Source: a virus
Taxonomy: Duplodnaviria > Caudoviricetes
DNA: 27,506 bases
IMG/VR virus record: IMGVR_UViG_3300034106_003066
Span: 1-27,506 of that record
Strand: one strand, 5' to 3'
Under the pieces are notes generated by a model. It worked only from the letters and a program-made list of their open reading frames with translations, did not search any database and was not told where the DNA came from. Positions 25,492 through 27,506 of the stretch are shown piece by piece. Each line of letters opens with the position of its first letter. Within the stretch, counting starts at the first letter, position 1. The position numbers and the translations under genes are program-made.

Positions 25492-26375
25492 GCTGCCACC
25501 ACCCCTTCCAGTTCGCGGATTTTCTCGCGGATGCGGGCGACCTCGGCTTTGGCCTCTTCCTTCCACTCGGTTTCCCAAGGGCAGTCGGCTTTATGCCGCC
25601 GGTTCCGCGGGTCACCCTTCATTCGCTCCAGCTTCGCTTTTAAGGCGTCGATGCCCTGTTTGGCATCCCACACTCCTTTTGGTTTAGTCAAAGCTGTGGC
25701 GGGCCGTTTACGCGCAATCTGGGCGGCTCTGGCTTTGAGGTTGGAACGCCAGTTGTGAATCGGGCGACCGTTCCAGTCCGTCCACTCGCCGGTCGGGGCG
25801 ATGGCGCGGCTTTCGTTGTCATGCCAGACTTCTTCGGCAATGGCCTCTTCGACCATCATCATGCTGGCCGCAATCTTGAACTCCTCCAGCGTCGGCGTGG
25901 TAACCACCGAAACCATATGGTTACCAAATGGTTTGCTTATGGTTTCCTCGTCATCCTTCTTCTCTGTAGACGGCGATGAAGAAACCATATGGTTAGCATA
26001 TGCGCCAAGCCCTACCCTACCATTATCAGTATTAGTATTGTCTTTAGACGGACGGCCACCCTTTCGACCGGCTTCCCAAAGGTGCAGTAGCTGGCGGTTA
26101 TGCTCGTCGAAGCCATGAATAGCCCACTTGCCTTCCGGCTCCTCGTCGAGCCACGGCGAATCCTTGTCGGTCATCGCGGCCCAAAGCGCGTCGGCATCAC
26201 CATCGTGGCGCATGATCGCGGCCAACTTGCGCGGGTTGAGCGTCAGACCGCGCCACTGGCGCTTATTCTGCGCGTCTCCCCACAGCCGGAGCAGTCCCAA
26301 GACCGCGGTCGGCCCGCACGCTTCCAGCAGGCGCTCGGTTTTCCAGTGGGTGATGAAGTTGGCGTCGAGTTTCAT
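25488..26375 (-). CDS. Putative replication initiator / replisome organizer
   Basis: 295 aa; N-terminal wHTH-like domain, GRKGGRP linker, internal palindromic iterons; adjacent to RusA. Confidence 0.7.
   Translation of the reverse strand: MKLDANFITHWKTERLLEACGPTAVLGLLRLWGDAQNKRQWRGLTLNPRKLAAIMRHDGDADALWAAMTDKDSPWLDEEPEGKWAIHGFDEHNRQLLHLWEAGRKGGRPSKDNTNTDNGRVGLGAYANHMVSSSPSTEKKDDEETISKPFGNHMVSVVTTPTLEEFKIAASMMMVEEAIAEEVWHDNESRAIAPTGEWTDWNGRPIHNWRSNLKARAAQIARKRPATALTKPKGVWDAKQGIDALKAKLERMKGDPRNRRHKADCPWETEWKEEAKAEVARIREKIRELEGVVAA
25909..26050. repeat. Iteron-like palindromic repeats; candidate replication origin
   Basis: GAAACCATATGGTTA at 25909-25923 and 25981-25995, degenerate copies between and after, AT-rich tract at about 26020-26048. 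Confidence 0.6.
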
Positions 26376-26767
26376 AGACGCTCCTTCATCGTGATTTCCA
26401 AATACGGATCACCCACGCGGCACTTCTCCGCGACCAGTTGATCGACCAGCGCGTCGTCCGCGATCCATCCGGCAGGAACCAGCGCGTCCAAGACGCCCTT
26501 GCACAAGTTGTCGAGGTCGGGTCGCACCGCGTGGATGCGCTCATGTGGCCGCGACTTCGTGACGCGGAAGGCGAACTTGATCTTGATCAGCACCGGAAAA
26601 TCCACTGGTTGCCGCGGCTTAAATTGCCGAAGCTGCAAGACCAGCGCGTCCTGCGCGTCCTTGACCTTTTTCTTTGTGAAGAACATGGGGCGACCGGCGC
26701 GAACCATCACGCCCTTCTGCTGGGCGGTGACGGTTGGTGGGTCGCCGTCGATAATTGCAGTGATCAT
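26372..26767 (-). CDS. rusA: RusA-family Holliday junction resolvase
   Basis: RPDLDNLCKGVLDAL...WIADDALV catalytic motifs. Confidence 0.9.
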   Translation of the reverse strand: MITAIIDGDPPTVTAQQKGVMVRAGRPMFFTKKKVKDAQDALVLQLRQFKPRQPVDFPVLIKIKFAFRVTKSRPHERIHAVRPDLDNLCKGVLDALVPAGWIADDALVDQLVAEKCRVGDPYLEITMKERL

Positions 26768-27078
26768 TGTGTGGGTTGTTTTTTGCGCCGCGGTGGGCGC
26801 GGTTTGGGCGTGGTGATCCGGCGGCGAACAAATCCCTCCGGCAGACCGATTTCGATGAGAGCGGCTTGAAGGTCGCTGTCGGGAACCTCCGCGCCGTGCT
26901 TGAGCATGTCATCGAGCGCATCGCTGCGGTCGGGAACCATGCGGAGGGAAAGCGTCTCCCACCACACGATCCGCGCCGCTGCGTGCCGCACGGGCAGCGC
27001 CAGCGCCATTAGACGCTGACGCCACTCCGCGGGCGTGATGCCTCGGCTCCAACGTGGAACGTAGGCTTTGTCGCTCAT
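26764..27078 (-). CDS. Hypothetical protein (104 aa)
   Basis: ATG at 27078 in TAATG overlap with the upstream gene. Confidence 0.65.
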   Translation of the reverse strand: MSDKAYVPRWSRGITPAEWRQRLMALALPVRHAAARIVWWETLSLRMVPDRSDALDDMLKHGAEVPDSDLQAALIEIGLPEGFVRRRITTPKPRPPRRKKQPTQ

Positions 27079-27506
27079 TAGAGGACGCTCTCCGCTTGTT
27101 TCTGCGCCCACGCCGGAAGCGCGAGCGTAGTAATGTCCTGCGTGAACGACGGCCAGTGGTCTTCGGCCATGCAGTGCTTCACCAGCGCGAGGTCACGCTG
27201 ATACTGCTTGCGGCCCCACTCAATGGCTTGCTGGTCGAGCGCGTAGACGGCGACCGCGTAGGGCGGCGTTTTCTCCACGCAAACAAACAGGAACTCCGTC
27301 TTGTCGAGTCCCAGCAACGCGCACAGATCGAGGTAGTAGGCGGCTTGAACGTCGTAGCGGTAGTTGACCACTGACTTGGCCATCATGTCCGCGTCTGCGG
27401 ACTGGCAGGACTTGATGTCCACGATGACGTTGCCGGATTCCGGCAGCGCATCGATGCGGGCCTTGCGGAGAACTCCGTCTTCGCCACTTGCGAACAGCGA
27501 AACCTC
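27078..27506 (-). CDS. RecE/exonuclease VIII-like PD-(D/E)XK nuclease (DUF3799-like), N-terminus outside the window
   Basis: EVSLF...KARIDAL...IVDIKS...YDVQAAYY...FVCVEKTPPY. Confidence 0.88.
   Translation of the reverse strand, partial: EVSLFASGEDGVLRKARIDALPESGNVIVDIKSCQSADADMMAKSVVNYRYDVQAAYYLDLCALLGLDKTEFLFVCVEKTPPYAVAVYALDQQAIEWGRKQYQRDLALVKHCMAEDHWPSFTQDITTLALPAWAQKQAESVL

Larger units (their letters stand above)
10014..25692. repeat. Dispersed 12-bp motif TTTGACTAAACC, 8 perfect copies
   Basis: Plus strand at 14580, 17498, 19601, 20698, 25089; reverse complement at 10014, 14758, 25681; one-mismatch copy at 22940. Confidence 0.9.

Noticed and set aside
10014-25692. The 12-mer as a CRISPR repeat or a plain sigma70 -35 box
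   Set aside because: Copies are dispersed with no regular spacers. Five of eight point against the direction of transcription, and I saw no consistent -10 element at 16-18 bp.
15230-27111. Extended upstream starts in the track (15820, 15927, 24100, 24866, 25578, 27111)
   Set aside because: They overlap deeply into upstream genes; downstream starts give compact gene junctions and sensible proteins

Overview
A 27.5-kb segment of a tailed phage or prophage with podovirus-type (T7/BPP-1-like) morphogenesis genes, all on the minus strand. In transcription order (right to left) it carries: a RecE/DUF3799-like exonuclease (truncated), RusA, a replication initiator with internal iterons, small early genes, an SSB-like protein, a PD-(D/E)XK nuclease, a GT31/Fringe-like glycosyltransferase, terminase small and large subunits, portal, scaffold, an inserted accessory cassette (phosphoesterase, wHTH, HEXXH peptidase, membrane peptide, tRNA-like RNA), major capsid, tail tubular A and B, and internal virion proteins. 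It ends in a >2350-aa polyvalent protein (7067 to the window edge) that the ORF track omits because it has no stop in the window. Five observations stand out. (1) The giant protein has a zincin-like motif followed by SH3-like, ADP-ribosyltransferase and GNAT cassettes, each bounded by a repeated (N/S)YSI motif. (2) The 12-mer TTTGACTAAACC occurs in 8 perfect copies in both orientations, mostly next to gene starts. (3) There is a tRNA-like RNA lacking an anticodon arm. (4) There is a dense structured-RNA cluster at 24.8-25.07 kb. (5) An internal virion protein ends in a circularly permuted M23-like domain. All calls come from manual reading and motif recognition; no searches were run.
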